A DNA stretch of 63,417 nucleotides, filler included, from Desulfonatronovibrionaceae bacterium (lineage in GTDB: Bacteria > Desulfobacterota > Desulfovibrionia > Desulfovibrionales > Desulfonatronovibrionaceae), in NCBI GenBank assembly GCA_046539845.1. It is 3 parts of 3 records of this genome, joined end to end, with 100 filler letters (N's around TTAATTAATTAA, not from the genome) between each part and the next. Parts side by side here need not be neighbours in the genome. Positions count along the whole stretch, not along the records: positions 1 to 27,426 come from JBKHGE010000030.1; 2 more parts are not named here. One strand, 5' to 3'. How positions within the stretch are numbered: the first letter of the stretch is position 1; each line of letters starts with the position of its first letter. Below, piece after piece: positions 1 through 10,028 of the stretch. The notes beneath the pieces were generated by a model, which saw only the letters and a list, made by a program, of their open reading frames with translations, was not told where the DNA came from and did not search any database. The translations under genes were made by a program, and so were the position numbers.

Positions 1-356
1 ACCGCGTGGCCACGGGCATCATCAGGGCGGCCACGGGCATTATCAGGGCGGCCACGGGCATTATCAGGGCGGCCACAGGGGGCCGCCCCTACGATGACAA
101 CAATTCCATGAATATGGTTGGGCATGACAACAAACGCATCAATTCCAATTCCAGGATAATGCAACGGGATTTCATCCCATACCGTTTGTACCATCCGCCC
201 TGCATCGTTCGATACCATTTCCCGGTTCACAATTTCACCGAACAAACATTCCCGGTTCTGGGTACAGATGGTCACAAAATACGCCCCGGCCTGTGAATAA
301 TCGTATTCTTTCAATCGAATCGACCGGCGATGACGAATATCGGGATTGTATTTCAT
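1..356 (-). CDS. REP-associated tyrosine transposase (RAYT, Y1/HUH family), 3' part outside the window; missing from the ORF track
   Basis: Manual translation from ATG at 356: [42 protein letters not shown]...DAFVVMPNHIHGIVVI. Contains the RRSIRL..YDY..G.YFVTICT signature and the HUH motif MPNHIHG. ATG overlaps the hsdS stop (ATGA). Confidence 0.9.
   Translation of the reverse strand, partial: MKYNPDIRHRRSIRLKEYDYSQAGAYFVTICTQNRECLFGEIVNREMVSNDAGRMVQTVWDEIPLHYPGIGIDAFVVMPNHIHGIVVIVGAAPCGRPDNARGRPDNARGRPDDARGHA
8..77. repeat. Tandem 21-bp repeat (3 full copies plus a partial) inside the RAYT gene
   Basis: GGCCACGGGCATYATCAGGGC at 8-28, 29-49 and 50-70, partial at 71-77. Encodes (GRPDNAR)n in frame on the minus strand. 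Confidence 0.95.
66..92 (-). repeat. REP-like palindrome (GTAG plus GC-rich hairpin)
   Basis: Minus strand GTAG-GGGCGGCC-CCCTGT-GGCCGCCC-T: GTAG tetranucleotide followed by a perfect 8-bp stem, the typical REP layout. Confidence 0.85.
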
Positions 357-1657
357 AGCCCGGCCTCTTCAATAAATTTCTCGGCATTCGGAGGTCGCAG
401 TTCTCCGGAAATGAGCTTCGGGAGAAGAGTTTCGCGAAGAGAAGCAAGAAAACCATTTTCATTAATATTTGCCAAAATATAATCCATTAATGGCTTTAAC
501 ATACTGTCAAAAGAATTGGTAAGTTTAGCTGGTGGACAGGCTATTCGGAGAGTCTTAAAGGTATCGCGTGTGATCGTGTTGAATACGGACCCATGTCCAC
601 TCCTCTGTAAATCAGCTACCTGTCTCCTAATTGTAAAATAAACGAAATAATCGCTTATGCCGTGTTTGCTCTGGAGCCCGTAACAGGATTGATTCATGGC
701 CATTGACCGTCCCACCAGAGCACACTTTCCAACCGTGCCCCGCGCACTAATTATCGTTGTCCCTTTGCGAAGTACTTTAGCAGATGATTTTTCAACCCCA
801 AGCTGGGTAATATGCTTCTCAGTATCAGTTACAAATACATCTGTTTCACTCGGCGCATCCACAACTGAAAACCAAGGGATATCACCATCCCAATATTCCT
901 TCACTTTTGTTTTCGGCGTTCCCCCGCCGATTATGTCTAAGACTTCGGATAGTGGTAAAACCCTCCACCCCGCCGGAATCTCCCCCAGCTCCGAATCTTC
1001 AAAACTATCAGGAAAAAGCGCTGCAATCTCCTCAGGCAAGCCTGTATCCCGGCCTTCAGCCTTGGCATACACCGGATCAAAATCCACGAACCAGGACTTA
1101 AAGATGGCACGGGCCATAGATTCCAGGGTTTCGTTCATCTGGCGGTTGAGTTCTATTTTGTCGTCGAAGGAGCCGAGGATGTGAGCTATGGCGCGTTGTT
1201 CCTCATATGGTGGGCAATAAAATGAATATTTTTGAAGAGTCGGTGCGGGTACACGTTGCCGCCCAGAGGAGCCCTCCATACGAGCTATTGCGAAGTTACG
1301 AAATTGAGGTAAACGGGAAAGATAATAGACGAAGAGCTTATCTGTAACGCCTTCAATTCCTGAAAGCACTATAAATTCTGTTGAACCATGCCCTACTTCC
1401 ATGTCCTCAAGAAAATCCACATAGGCAGTTTTCCCATTTTCAAGGCAAGGCGTAATACGCGCTAAAAGTGTATCTCCATTCTGAAAACGAGAACCTGACC
1501 CCTTGAAGGGCCTATGAGCAATTTCGTTGACTGATCGATTTTCAGACTCGACTTGCTGCATTGATATATATACTGAGTCGACACCTTTGCTGAGGGGGCG
1601 CGATGGATTTATTGAGATTAAATCCCCCAATTCACAGCGTTTCCAATCATTCCCCAT
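353..1657 (-). CDS. hsdS: Type I restriction-modification specificity subunit
   Basis: Two TRDs separated by the conserved [37 protein letters not shown] spacer; ends [13 protein letters not shown]. Confidence 0.95.
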   Translation of the reverse strand: MGNDWKRCELGDLISINPSRPLSKGVDSVYISMQQVESENRSVNEIAHRPFKGSGSRFQNGDTLLARITPCLENGKTAYVDFLEDMEVGHGSTEFIVLSGIEGVTDKLFVYYLSRLPQFRNFAIARMEGSSGRQRVPAPTLQKYSFYCPPYEEQRAIAHILGSFDDKIELNRQMNETLESMARAIFKSWFVDFDPVYAKAEGRDTGLPEEIAALFPDSFEDSELGEIPAGWRVLPLSEVLDIIGGGTPKTKVKEYWDGDIPWFSVVDAPSETDVFVTDTEKHITQLGVEKSSAKVLRKGTTIISARGTVGKCALVGRSMAMNQSCYGLQSKHGISDYFVYFTIRRQVADLQRSGHGSVFNTITRDTFKTLRIACPPAKLTNSFDSMLKPLMDYILANINENGFLASLRETLLPKLISGELRPPNAEKFIEEAGL

Positions 1658-3479
1658 AACCCAAGACCTCCAGATTCTTCTTAATCGCAGTCTTTAGCCT
1701 GTCGGACTCGGCAAACTGCTCATACAGCGTGGCGGAAAGTTCAGACATCTTCTCCTCAAAAGGGATGCCGCCTGCCTGCCGCGCCCGGCCTTCGGCGATG
1801 GCTTTTTTGATCCATCTGCGACCTGATGTGGTTTTTAGTTCTTTTTCACGAGCAACTGCTTCTTCTCTGCTTTGAAATTCCTCATAGTGAGGAATGTATC
1901 GAGGCTTGTTTTTCTTCGTCCAATCTGCGCCTTTACCGGTGATATGCTCTTGCCATCGCCGAGGAAGGTTGTCTGTATGTCCGATATAATAGCTGTCACC
2001 TTCACATGCGATCACATAAACGAAGAACACACCCGGCCGCGGCGCAGGCAGGTCATCTTCGATTTCAGCAGCCCCCACATATCGGCCCGGAGTCAAAACA
2101 TAGCCGTGTTCCCGAATTTTTTCAGTGGGAACACTTTTGCAAAAGCCCGGCACATCCTCATAAGTCCCGGCGCCTTTCTCCCCGCGCCAGGCATGATAGG
2201 TGGCGGCAATTTTTTGTATGTCATTGTCAGAAAGTTCTCTATGCACACGGTCTATCAATTCGCCCATGTTTCGAGCATCGATAAAAAGCGTGTGTTTTTG
2301 TCTGTTTTGAAACTTACCGTTGCTTTTGTTTCTGGACAGAAACCACAAACAGGCCGGGATTTGAGTGGTATAGAAAAGCTGCCCCGGCAGGGCAATCATG
2401 CAGTCTACCAGGTCATCCTCGATAATGGCCTTTCGGATTTCGCCTTCCCCTGAACTATTGGAAGACATGGACCCGTTGGCCAGGACGAAGCCGGCGATCC
2501 CGGAAGGAGCCAGGTGATAAATGAAATGTTGAATCCAGGCGTAATTGGCATTATTTACCGGCGGTATGCCGTATTTCCACCGGGCATCCTCCCGCAGTCT
2601 CTCCCCGCCCCAGTCGTTCATGTTAAAGGGCGGATTGGCCAGGATATAATCCGCGCGCAGGTCTTTATGCAGGTCATTGTGGAAGCTGTCCGCGTTTTGT
2701 CCGCCCAGATTGGCGTCTATTCCCCGGATAGCCAGGTTCATCTTGGCAAGGCGCCAGGTTGTGGGATTGGACTCCTGGCCATAAATAGAAATATCCCCCA
2801 GCCGGCCGCCGTGTTCTTCCACGAATTTTTCACTCTGGACAAACATGCCCCCTGAGCCGCAGCAGGGGTCAAAAACCCTGCCCTTGTAGGGCTCAATCAT
2901 ATTGACCAACAGTTTGACCACGCATTGGGGAGTGTAGAATTCACCGCCACCCTTGCCCTCGGAGGCTGCAAACTTGCCCAAGAAATATTCATACACCCGG
3001 CCAAGAACGTCCCTTGATTTTGCTTCATCATCGCCAAGCCCGATTTTGCTGATAATGTCGATAAGCTCACCCAGACGGTATTTGTCCAGGGATGGGCGGG
3101 AGTAGTCCTTGGGCAGCACACCTTTAAGGTTCGGGTTTTCTTTCTCAATAGCCACCATGGCATCATCAATGACTTTGCCAATGGTCGGCTGCTTGGCATT
3201 GGCCTGCAGCTTGTCCCAGCGGGCTTCCTTGGGAACCCAGAAAATATTGGCGGCCGAATATTCGTCCCTGTCCTCCGGATCTGTATATTCAGTCTCTTTT
3301 GTGGCTTCCAGCTGGTTGTATTTGGCTTGAAATGCATCGGATATGTATTTGAGGAAAATCAGTCCGAGAACCACGTGTTTGTACTCGGAAGCGTCCATGT
3401 GGCCCCGGAGTTTATCCGCAGCAGCCCACATCTGATTTTCAAAGCCGAGATTGGCTCCGTTGTTGTTCTTCTTTGTCAT
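1647..3479 (-). CDS. hsdM: Type I R-M methyltransferase subunit with an in-frame GIY-YIG insertion near the C-terminus
   Basis: N-terminal [22 protein letters not shown], motif I DPCCGSGG, motif [14 protein letters not shown]; 94 extra residues lie between EIEDD and GIPFEEKM. Confidence 0.95.
   Translation of the reverse strand: MTKKNNNGANLGFENQMWAAADKLRGHMDASEYKHVVLGLIFLKYISDAFQAKYNQLEATKETEYTDPEDRDEYSAANIFWVPKEARWDKLQANAKQPTIGKVIDDAMVAIEKENPNLKGVLPKDYSRPSLDKYRLGELIDIISKIGLGDDEAKSRDVLGRVYEYFLGKFAASEGKGGGEFYTPQCVVKLLVNMIEPYKGRVFDPCCGSGGMFVQSEKFVEEHGGRLGDISIYGQESNPTTWRLAKMNLAIRGIDANLGGQNADSFHNDLHKDLRADYILANPPFNMNDWGGERLREDARWKYGIPPVNNANYAWIQHFIYHLAPSGIAGFVLANGSMSSNSSGEGEIRKAIIEDDLVDCMIALPGQLFYTTQIPACLWFLSRNKSNGKFQNRQKHTLFIDARNMGELIDRVHRELSDNDIQKIAATYHAWRGEKGAGTYEDVPGFCKSVPTEKIREHGYVLTPGRYVGAAEIEDDLPAPRPGVFFVYVIACEGDSYYIGHTDNLPRRWQEHITGKGADWTKKNKPRYIPHYEEFQSREEAVAREKELKTTSGRRWIKKAIAEGRARQAGGIPFEEKMSELSATLYEQFAESDRLKTAIKKNLEVLGYGE
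1771..2052 (-). mobile_element. 282-bp inverted-repeat-bounded insertion encoding a GIY-YIG nuclease domain, in frame within hsdM
   Basis: Ends CCTGCCTGC (1771-1779) and GCAGGCAGG (2044-2052) are perfect inverted repeats. Insert encodes [27 protein letters not shown]...[10 protein letters not shown]. Removal restores GAA GAT GAC GGC ATC CCT TTT (EDDGIPF). Mobility is inferred. Confidence 0.8.
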
Positions 3480-3713
3480 AAACTCCCTCTTGTATTAGCC
3501 CACCAGGTGCGCAGGCTTTTCAACTCCTATTAAATACTAAACAAAATCTGAACTATCCCCAAATATCCGCAATGTAAATTTTCACTTATGTGTCATTATA
3601 CTTTGCCCTTAAATATCAACATCCTTTTTAATAAAGAAAATCAGGCCGCACAACCCCACAGCTGACGCCCACTTAATAACAAACAAAGGCAGCGGCAAAA
3701 CAAACTTGAACCC

Positions 3714-3746
3714 AAAAAAAAGGCCGAAGCTTTTGGCTTCGGCCTT
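3714..3746 (-). terminator. Intrinsic terminator downstream of tRNA-fMet
   Basis: AAGGCCGAAGC...GCTTCGGCCTT stem followed by a T-run on the minus strand (A-run 3714-3721 on plus). Confidence 0.8.
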
Positions 3747-3796
3747 GATTATTCTCAACGGACTGAATTTTAAAATTCCAGTCATATTATTTTTCC

Positions 3797-3873
<77 letters not shown>

Positions 3874-3889
3874 CCGTGAACTTTAACTT

Positions 3890-3916
3890 ATTATATTCTC
3901 CGCTGTCGCCTGTCAA
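3890..3916 (-). promoter_or_regulatory. Sigma-70-type promoter for tRNA-fMet
   Basis: TTGACA-N15-TATAAT on the minus strand just upstream of the tRNA; the spacer is short. Confidence 0.6.
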
Positions 3917-5073
3917 GAGCTTTTTTCCGGGTTTAGCTTGTTTCGAAATAAAAACAGGGCCAGGCCAACGGCCAGGATGGGTAGTACCGCGCAGTAAAAG
4001 GGCAGGGATATCCCGCCGATCTCGGCCAGTGCGCCCATCATCAGCGGGCCCAGAAAAGTGCCCAGGGTAAGGGTGGAGAACCTGAGCCCCATGGCCAGAC
4101 CGCGGCGGTCATCGGCACTGCTTTCCGAGACCATGACCATGGACAAAGGCTGGGAGAGCCCGAAACCCAGGCCGAATACGGCCAATACCGTGGCCAATGC
4201 CCAGGCCTGATCCAAAAGCGGCAGTATGCCTACTGCAGAGCCGGTGACCACCAAAACAAAGGTCATCACACCCAGCCTGGAGAACCGGCCCAGGATCCTG
4301 CCCACCATGACCCGGACCAGAGTCATGGATACCGCAAAAACCGAAAGCATGGCCCCGATATACACCCCGCTCACCCCTTTGGACTGGAGCAAAATGGGCA
4401 GAAACGAGCCGCGCAGGCAAACGGCAAGGATAACCCCCAGGGTAAAGGCCAAAACTATTGCCATGCGCGGATTTCTGGCCATCCGGGTAAGCTTGGCCAA
4501 TTTCTCGGCCAAAGGCTCAAACGGCTTGGCCCGGCCGGTACGGGAAGCGTCCATACGAAGGCCAAAGACCACCGCCCCCAAAAGGGACACCCCGATTGCC
4601 GCAGCAAAGACCAGGTCAAAGGAACCAATGGAAAGCAACCAGCCACCGCACAAAGGGCCGGTGGATTGCCCCACTGCGGCGGCCAAGGTGACCCGGGAAA
4701 AATTCTTCTCCCGTTCCCTGACTCCGGGCAGGCCAGAGATATAGGCCTGAGTGCAAACAATTAAGAGCAAAAAACCCAAACCGCCTATTATCTGGGTCCC
4801 CACCAGTGCCCAGGGGTTTACAGCCGCATACAAAAGCAGACTATAGACAAGGTTGCACACTGCACCGGCAATCAGCATCTTCTTGATGGATATCCGGTCC
4901 GCCAGATCACCGACCACAAGGCCCAGGAGCAGTGAAAGGGCGTTAAAGCTCCCGACCACCAGCCCGACCATGGACGCACCGGCCCCGAGATCCTGGGCAA
5001 ATAGCGGGACCACGGGCAAAACCATGCCGTGGCGCAGGAAGTGTACGAAATACATTAAAAGCAGAATGCGCAT
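3913..5073 (-). CDS. MFS transporter
   Basis: About 12 hydrophobic segments with motif A GDLADRISIKK. Start placed at ATG 5073 (MRILLL); the ORF extends to 5160. Confidence 0.85.
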   Translation of the reverse strand: MRILLLMYFVHFLRHGMVLPVVPLFAQDLGAGASMVGLVVGSFNALSLLLGLVVGDLADRISIKKMLIAGAVCNLVYSLLLYAAVNPWALVGTQIIGGLGFLLLIVCTQAYISGLPGVREREKNFSRVTLAAAVGQSTGPLCGGWLLSIGSFDLVFAAAIGVSLLGAVVFGLRMDASRTGRAKPFEPLAEKLAKLTRMARNPRMAIVLAFTLGVILAVCLRGSFLPILLQSKGVSGVYIGAMLSVFAVSMTLVRVMVGRILGRFSRLGVMTFVLVVTGSAVGILPLLDQAWALATVLAVFGLGFGLSQPLSMVMVSESSADDRRGLAMGLRFSTLTLGTFLGPLMMGALAEIGGISLPFYCAVLPILAVGLALFLFRNKLNPEKSS

Positions 5074-5281
5074 ATCTGAAATCCACTTTAAAACCCAATA
5101 ACCCAGGCCGAAAAATTCGTCTTTGGGCGTGGGCCGCGGCTGCCTTGAATAACCAATCACAGCCGGAAGTCAAATCAGGGTGAGCATACACACCCCGGCC
5201 GGAAAATCTGTTGCCTGTGCATTTTTGATATGCCAAAGTGAAAAACCGGATCAGAAACAGCCAGCGGAGGTAAAGTACACT

Positions 5282-6556
5282 ATGCTCAGCGGGTACAAAA
5301 AATACTCAGAACCGTGGTACGCGGGATACGCCTTTCAGGGAGCGGTTGTCCTGGGCATCGCCCCCATCCTTATCCCCCTGGTGGTGGGCAACGCCCTGGG
5401 TGCGGCCGCCGCCGGAACGGTTGTGGCCGCGTTCTACGCCGGGCAGCTGACCGCCCCTATACTGGGCGCACTCACGGACAAAAGCGGCCGATACCACTTC
5501 TTTTACTTGGCCGGCTACGTGCTCCTTGCCCTGGGCCTGATCTTTTTCCCCGCCCTTAAGTCCTTCTGGTTCTGGACCGGCCTGGCGTTTATCCAGGGCA
5601 TGGGCTCGGCAGTGACCAACACTGTCTCGGCCATGTTCATTGTCGAGAACAAGCCCAAATCTGAATGGGACCAGCGGATCGGCTGGCTGCAGACATTCTA
5701 CGGTACCGGCCAGGCCGCCGGATTGGCCCTGGTCGCCCTGCTGCAGCTGAACCCGCAATTGGGTATGGTCATAGCCGGCTTGCTCATGCTCCCGGGTTTT
5801 ATTTTAGGCCGCATGCACCTGCCTTCGGATCACAAAAGCAGGGTAAACAAAAAGGATATACAATTCGCTTACCGTACCCACCGCCCGGCCCGGGGGGCAT
5901 TCTCCATCCTGCACACCTACGAGCAAAACCTGCCCCACTATCTGCGGGAGGTAAAGCAGATAATAAAAACCCCGTTCGCCTTGTACATCCTTGCCTGGTT
6001 CTGCATCATGTTCAGCAACTGGGTCATATACAATCTCTATCCCCTGCTCATGCACGATGTGTATACGGTGTCCGCGGGGAAATCATCGCTCTACTACGCC
6101 ATTGGCGCCGGGATCGGGGTATTTGCCTACGCCCCGGCCGGGGCCCTGGGCAAAAAGATCGGGGACGGCTGGGTGGTCATGATCGGGGCGCTCATGTCTT
6201 TGCTCTCTTTGCTCGCCCTGACCGGCCTGGCCTTTATCCAAACCGGGATAAACCCCTGGCTCGTGCCCCTTTTCTTTTTCCTTTTGCCCGTGGCTTGGTC
6301 CCCGCTGATTGTGGCCGGTACCGATTACACAGCGGAACTGTCCGAACTGCCCCAGGGTACGGCTGTGGGCATATTCAACGCTACGACTGCTGTGGCCAGC
6401 CTATTGAGCGCGTTTGCCGCCGGGCTGCTGGCCGATCAGCTGGGCTACAAGAGTCTGCCAATAGCCGGACTGATCCTGGCTGGGGCCGGAACCGCCCTTA
6501 TGCTCATGCTTCTAAAAGGGGTGCAAAAGAAGGCATCCAGGCGGAAAACCGCCTGA
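5282..6556 (+). CDS. MFS transporter
   Basis: About 12 TM segments with motif A GALTDKSGR; ATG at 5282 follows a GGAGG RBS. Confidence 0.85.
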   Translation: MLSGYKKYSEPWYAGYAFQGAVVLGIAPILIPLVVGNALGAAAAGTVVAAFYAGQLTAPILGALTDKSGRYHFFYLAGYVLLALGLIFFPALKSFWFWTGLAFIQGMGSAVTNTVSAMFIVENKPKSEWDQRIGWLQTFYGTGQAAGLALVALLQLNPQLGMVIAGLLMLPGFILGRMHLPSDHKSRVNKKDIQFAYRTHRPARGAFSILHTYEQNLPHYLREVKQIIKTPFALYILAWFCIMFSNWVIYNLYPLLMHDVYTVSAGKSSLYYAIGAGIGVFAYAPAGALGKKIGDGWVVMIGALMSLLSLLALTGLAFIQTGINPWLVPLFFFLLPVAWSPLIVAGTDYTAELSELPQGTAVGIFNATTAVASLLSAFAAGLLADQLGYKSLPIAGLILAGAGTALMLMLLKGVQKKASRRKTA

Positions 6557-6588
6557 TACACCCGAAAGACAGGGGAAAAGAATCCGGG

Positions 6589-6843
6589 TCAGATGTCCCC
6601 GTTTTCCTTTATTTTTTTATCCTCGTAAGGGGAAAGGCGCCTGCGGTACCATTCCAGCTTGGCGTGCTCCATGGCTGAGGAGCACATGGCCAGCTTGGCG
6701 TAGCTCTCACCGACGCGGGCGATAAGCTCAGTGGACAGCTTGTAGAAACAATAATTGAGTTCGCCTTCCTCTTCCACCCGCGCGGCCAGATCCTTGATCA
6801 GACCGTCCAGCTCGCCGCGTTTGCTTAGTTTTATATACGGCAT
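6589..6843 (-). CDS. Conserved small hypothetical protein (resembles the DUF6899 family)
   Basis: MPYIK...GELNY...KLEWYRR..PYEDKKIKENGD pattern, GGAGG RBS; family assignment from memory. Confidence 0.6.
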   Translation of the reverse strand: MPYIKLSKRGELDGLIKDLAARVEEEGELNYCFYKLSTELIARVGESYAKLAMCSSAMEHAKLEWYRRRLSPYEDKKIKENGDI

Positions 6844-6991
6844 CAGTCCTCCGTTTAAAAAGATTTATACCCACCCGCTTTAAGCTCGCCGGGCGACCTT
6901 GCAAAAAAACAGCGGCCTGGACCGGCTTTTATCCGGCAGGTGCTTGAAATCTTTTTGCCCTTTTACCCCCGGCCCGATGCCGGCCCCGGAT

Positions 6992-7279
6992 TCACTTCGA
7001 GTTATTCGCCTCCCTGATGCCCAGCATATACCTATACGGCCCCGGGGTGCCCGGAGGAACAAAGGCGACGCGGTCTCCGTCTTGCAGATAATAGTCCGGG
7101 GTCCTGATCCGGCCGTTAACAAATACGCCCTCGACTTCGGACTGATCCAGACCGAGCTCGGCAATAAGCCCGCCCACAGTACAGCCGTTTTTCACCTGCA
7201 TGCGGGACTGGGGCGCAATGCCGCTTGCGCGCAGCCTTGCCTGTAAAAAGGAAAAGGCCTTGAAATCGAGTTCAATCAT
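6992..7279 (-). CDS. MoaD/ThiS-family beta-grasp protein
   Basis: TVGGLIAELGL...VFVNG.....LQDGDRVAFVPP pattern; lacks a C-terminal GG. Confidence 0.75.
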   Translation of the reverse strand: MIELDFKAFSFLQARLRASGIAPQSRMQVKNGCTVGGLIAELGLDQSEVEGVFVNGRIRTPDYYLQDGDRVAFVPPGTPGPYRYMLGIREANNSK

Positions 7280-7442
7280 CTTCTACGTCCTTTGGGGCCC
7301 TTTTGCGGTCAAGCAGGGACCCCGGGGGAGGAGACGGGTTCCGGCACTACCCGTTCCACCTCCCTGATAAAAACCAAAAGGGGAGAGTCGGGACCTGTTT
7401 TAAACAAGCCGCTACCGGCGGTCCGTCCGGGGACAGGGCCGC

Positions 7443-8693
7443 CTAATCGGCCTGCATGCGGATAAACGAGGGGATCTCGAATTCATCCTCGTCAAAAATG
7501 AACTCCTCCCCGTTGCCGTTCTTCCTGGTCACCGGCTTCTTTTTGGGCGCCTTGGACTGACTCTCGTTGTTGCGGTTCTGCTGCCGGATGTAAGCCGGGA
7601 TGCGCAAATCCTCCTGCTCGTCCGGCCGGATATTGGACTTTCTCGGCCGCTGGGCGGCAGCCGGGACCTCTTCCTTCTGCTTCCGGCTGATCGGGGTTAT
7701 ATTCTGTCTGCTCCGATCCTCGCCCGCCTGTTCCTCTTCGGACTCGATTCCGGTGGCAATCACGGTCACCCGGAGTTCATCCCCAATATCCTGGTCGAAC
7801 ACACATCCGAAATAGATCTTGGCGTCCTCGTGTGCGGCTTCGTGAATGAAATTGGCCGCCTCGCTGACCTCGTCAATGGTTAGATCCGGGCCGCAGCTGA
7901 CATTCATGAGCACCCCTTTGGCCCCTTCAATGGACACATCTTCGAGCAGGGGACTGGTAATGGCCTTCATGGCCGCTTCCCTGGCCCGGGACTCGCCGCT
8001 GGAGATGCCCGTGCCCATCATGGCCAGGCCCATCTCGGCCATGACCGCCTGCACGTCCGCGAAGTCCAGATTGATAAGTCCCGGGACCATTATCAGGTCC
8101 GAGATGCCCTTGACTGCGTAGTACAGGACCTCGTCCGCCTTTTTGAGCATGTCCAGGAAGGTGGCCTTTTTCGAGGCCAAAGACAAAAGCCGGTCATTGG
8201 GGATGGAGATGATGCTGTCCACAACATCGGTCAGCTCTTCAATCCCCTTTTCCGCCAGGCTCAGACGGCGCTTACCCTCAAAATAAAACGGTTTGGTCAC
8301 CACCCCGACGGTAAGGGCTCCCATTTCCTTGGCGATCTCGGCGATGACCGGTGCCGCTCCGGTCCCGGTCCCGCCGCCCATGCCGGCGGTGACAAAGACC
8401 ATATCGCTTCCGGCTAGACATTCCTTGATCAGTTCTGTGCTCTCCTGCGCAGCCTCTCGTCCGATTTCTGGATTTGCACCCGCGCCCAGCCCCTTGGTTA
8501 GTTTCTCACCGAGCTGGAGTTTGTGCGGGGCCTGAGAATGCTTCAAGGCTTGCACGTCAGTGTTCGCGGCGATAAAACTCACTCCCTGCATAGCGGAGCA
8601 GATCATGTTGTTCACGGCGTTACCGCCGCCCCCTCCGACACCGACGACCTTGATCTGGGCGTTGCTTTCCATTTCAATCTCTGTAAATTCCAT
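7443..8693 (-). CDS. ftsZ: Cell division protein FtsZ
   Basis: [28 protein letters not shown] and C-terminal EIPSFIR core. Confidence 0.99.
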   Translation of the reverse strand: MEFTEIEMESNAQIKVVGVGGGGGNAVNNMICSAMQGVSFIAANTDVQALKHSQAPHKLQLGEKLTKGLGAGANPEIGREAAQESTELIKECLAGSDMVFVTAGMGGGTGTGAAPVIAEIAKEMGALTVGVVTKPFYFEGKRRLSLAEKGIEELTDVVDSIISIPNDRLLSLASKKATFLDMLKKADEVLYYAVKGISDLIMVPGLINLDFADVQAVMAEMGLAMMGTGISSGESRAREAAMKAITSPLLEDVSIEGAKGVLMNVSCGPDLTIDEVSEAANFIHEAAHEDAKIYFGCVFDQDIGDELRVTVIATGIESEEEQAGEDRSRQNITPISRKQKEEVPAAAQRPRKSNIRPDEQEDLRIPAYIRQQNRNNESQSKAPKKKPVTRKNGNGEEFIFDEDEFEIPSFIRMQAD

Positions 8694-8799
8694 GGTTCCT
8701 CCTTCCCCTTTTTTTCAACTGAAAAATTGCGGGCTACAGTCAAACATCCACCCGTTTCCGGTACTGCCGGACGACCGGGAAACGGTTTTTCCGCATTTC

Positions 8800-10026
8800 T
8801 TAGGATATATCTGAAAACCATTTCCGCATGCGGCCCAGAATGCGGTTGAACACATTCTTGTCCCGGATGCGGAAGCGGTCTTCAGTACCCTCTTTTTTCG
8901 CCCCGTACTGCAGCAGCCCGACAGCTGTGGCGTACATGGGGCTGTTGACCACGTCAGTAAGCCCGCCCACTCCCACGGGATATCCCACGCGGGTGGGCAT
9001 ATTGAAAATCTGCTCGGCCAGGTCCTGAACACCCTCGATAAGGGCGGACCCACCGGTCAAAACCACCCCGGCCCCGATAATATCCTTGTACCCGGAGCGG
9101 ATCAGCTCCTGGTCCACCAGGGCCAGCAGCTCCTCCATACGGGGCTCGCATATCTCGGCCAATACGTGCCTGGACAGCTCACGGGGATCGCGACCGCCCA
9201 CACTGTCCACCAAAATGGTCTCATCATCCGGGACCAAGTCGGCCAGAGCACATCCATACTGGACTTTTATTTTTTCCGCCGAGGCCATGGGTGTGCGCAA
9301 ACCAAAGGCGATATCATTGGTCAGATTGGTCCCGCCGATGGCCAGGACACTGGTGTGCTTTATGGAATCATCGTTGAAAATGGCCAGATCCGTGGTCCCG
9401 CCGCCGATATCAACCAGTGCCACCCCGATTTCCCTTTCCTCTTCAGTAAGCGCGGCCTTGGCCGAGCCCAGAGACTCCAAAACGATATCCGAAACATCCA
9501 GGCCGGAACGGTGGCAGGAGCGGACGATATTCTGGGCACTGCTGACCGCGCCGGTGACAATGTGCACCTTGACCTCCAGGCGCACCCCGGCCATGCCCAA
9601 AGGATCGGCGATCCCCCGTTGATCGTCCACTATATACTCCTGGGGCAGGATGTGGATTACCTCCCGGTCCAGAGGAATGGCCACGGCCTTGGCCGCGTCA
9701 ATGACCCGCTCCATATCCCGGGCGTTGACCTCCCCGCCCTTGACCGCGATGACCCCGTGGCTGTTGAAGCCCTTGATATGGCTGCCCGCGATCCCGGCAT
9801 ACACGGAGCGGATCTCGCAGCCGGCCATGAGTTCGGCTTCTTCCAGGGCCCGCTTGATGGACTGCACGGTCTGTTCGATATTCACCACCACCCCCTTGCG
9901 CAGACCGGTGGAGGGACTGCTCCCGATCCCGATCACATCCACGCCGTTCGGAGTGATCTGCCCCACAACGGCGCAGATCTTGGTGGTCCCCAGATCAAGT
10001 CCGACAATCAGGTCTGATTTGGACAT
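8800..10026 (-). CDS. ftsA: Cell division protein FtsA
   Basis: GLDLGTTK, VDIGGGTTD, VLTGG; position in the dcw cluster. Confidence 0.99.
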   Translation of the reverse strand: MSKSDLIVGLDLGTTKICAVVGQITPNGVDVIGIGSSPSTGLRKGVVVNIEQTVQSIKRALEEAELMAGCEIRSVYAGIAGSHIKGFNSHGVIAVKGGEVNARDMERVIDAAKAVAIPLDREVIHILPQEYIVDDQRGIADPLGMAGVRLEVKVHIVTGAVSSAQNIVRSCHRSGLDVSDIVLESLGSAKAALTEEEREIGVALVDIGGGTTDLAIFNDDSIKHTSVLAIGGTNLTNDIAFGLRTPMASAEKIKVQYGCALADLVPDDETILVDSVGGRDPRELSRHVLAEICEPRMEELLALVDQELIRSGYKDIIGAGVVLTGGSALIEGVQDLAEQIFNMPTRVGYPVGVGGLTDVVNSPMYATAVGLLQYGAKKEGTEDRFRIRDKNVFNRILGRMRKWFSDIS

Positions 10027-10028
10027 AT

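Noticed and set aside
8..77. CRISPR array
   Set aside because: Units are head-to-tail with no spacers, lie in frame in a gene, and no cas genes are present.
6..296. Plus-strand 96-aa ORF (ATGIIRA repeats)
   Set aside because: Antisense shadow of the RAYT gene.
1771..2052. Intein or group I intron in hsdM
   Set aside because: No Cys/Ser start or His-Asn end and no Cys/Ser/Thr at +1; the whole 282 bp is coding, leaving no room for a Hint domain or ribozyme core.
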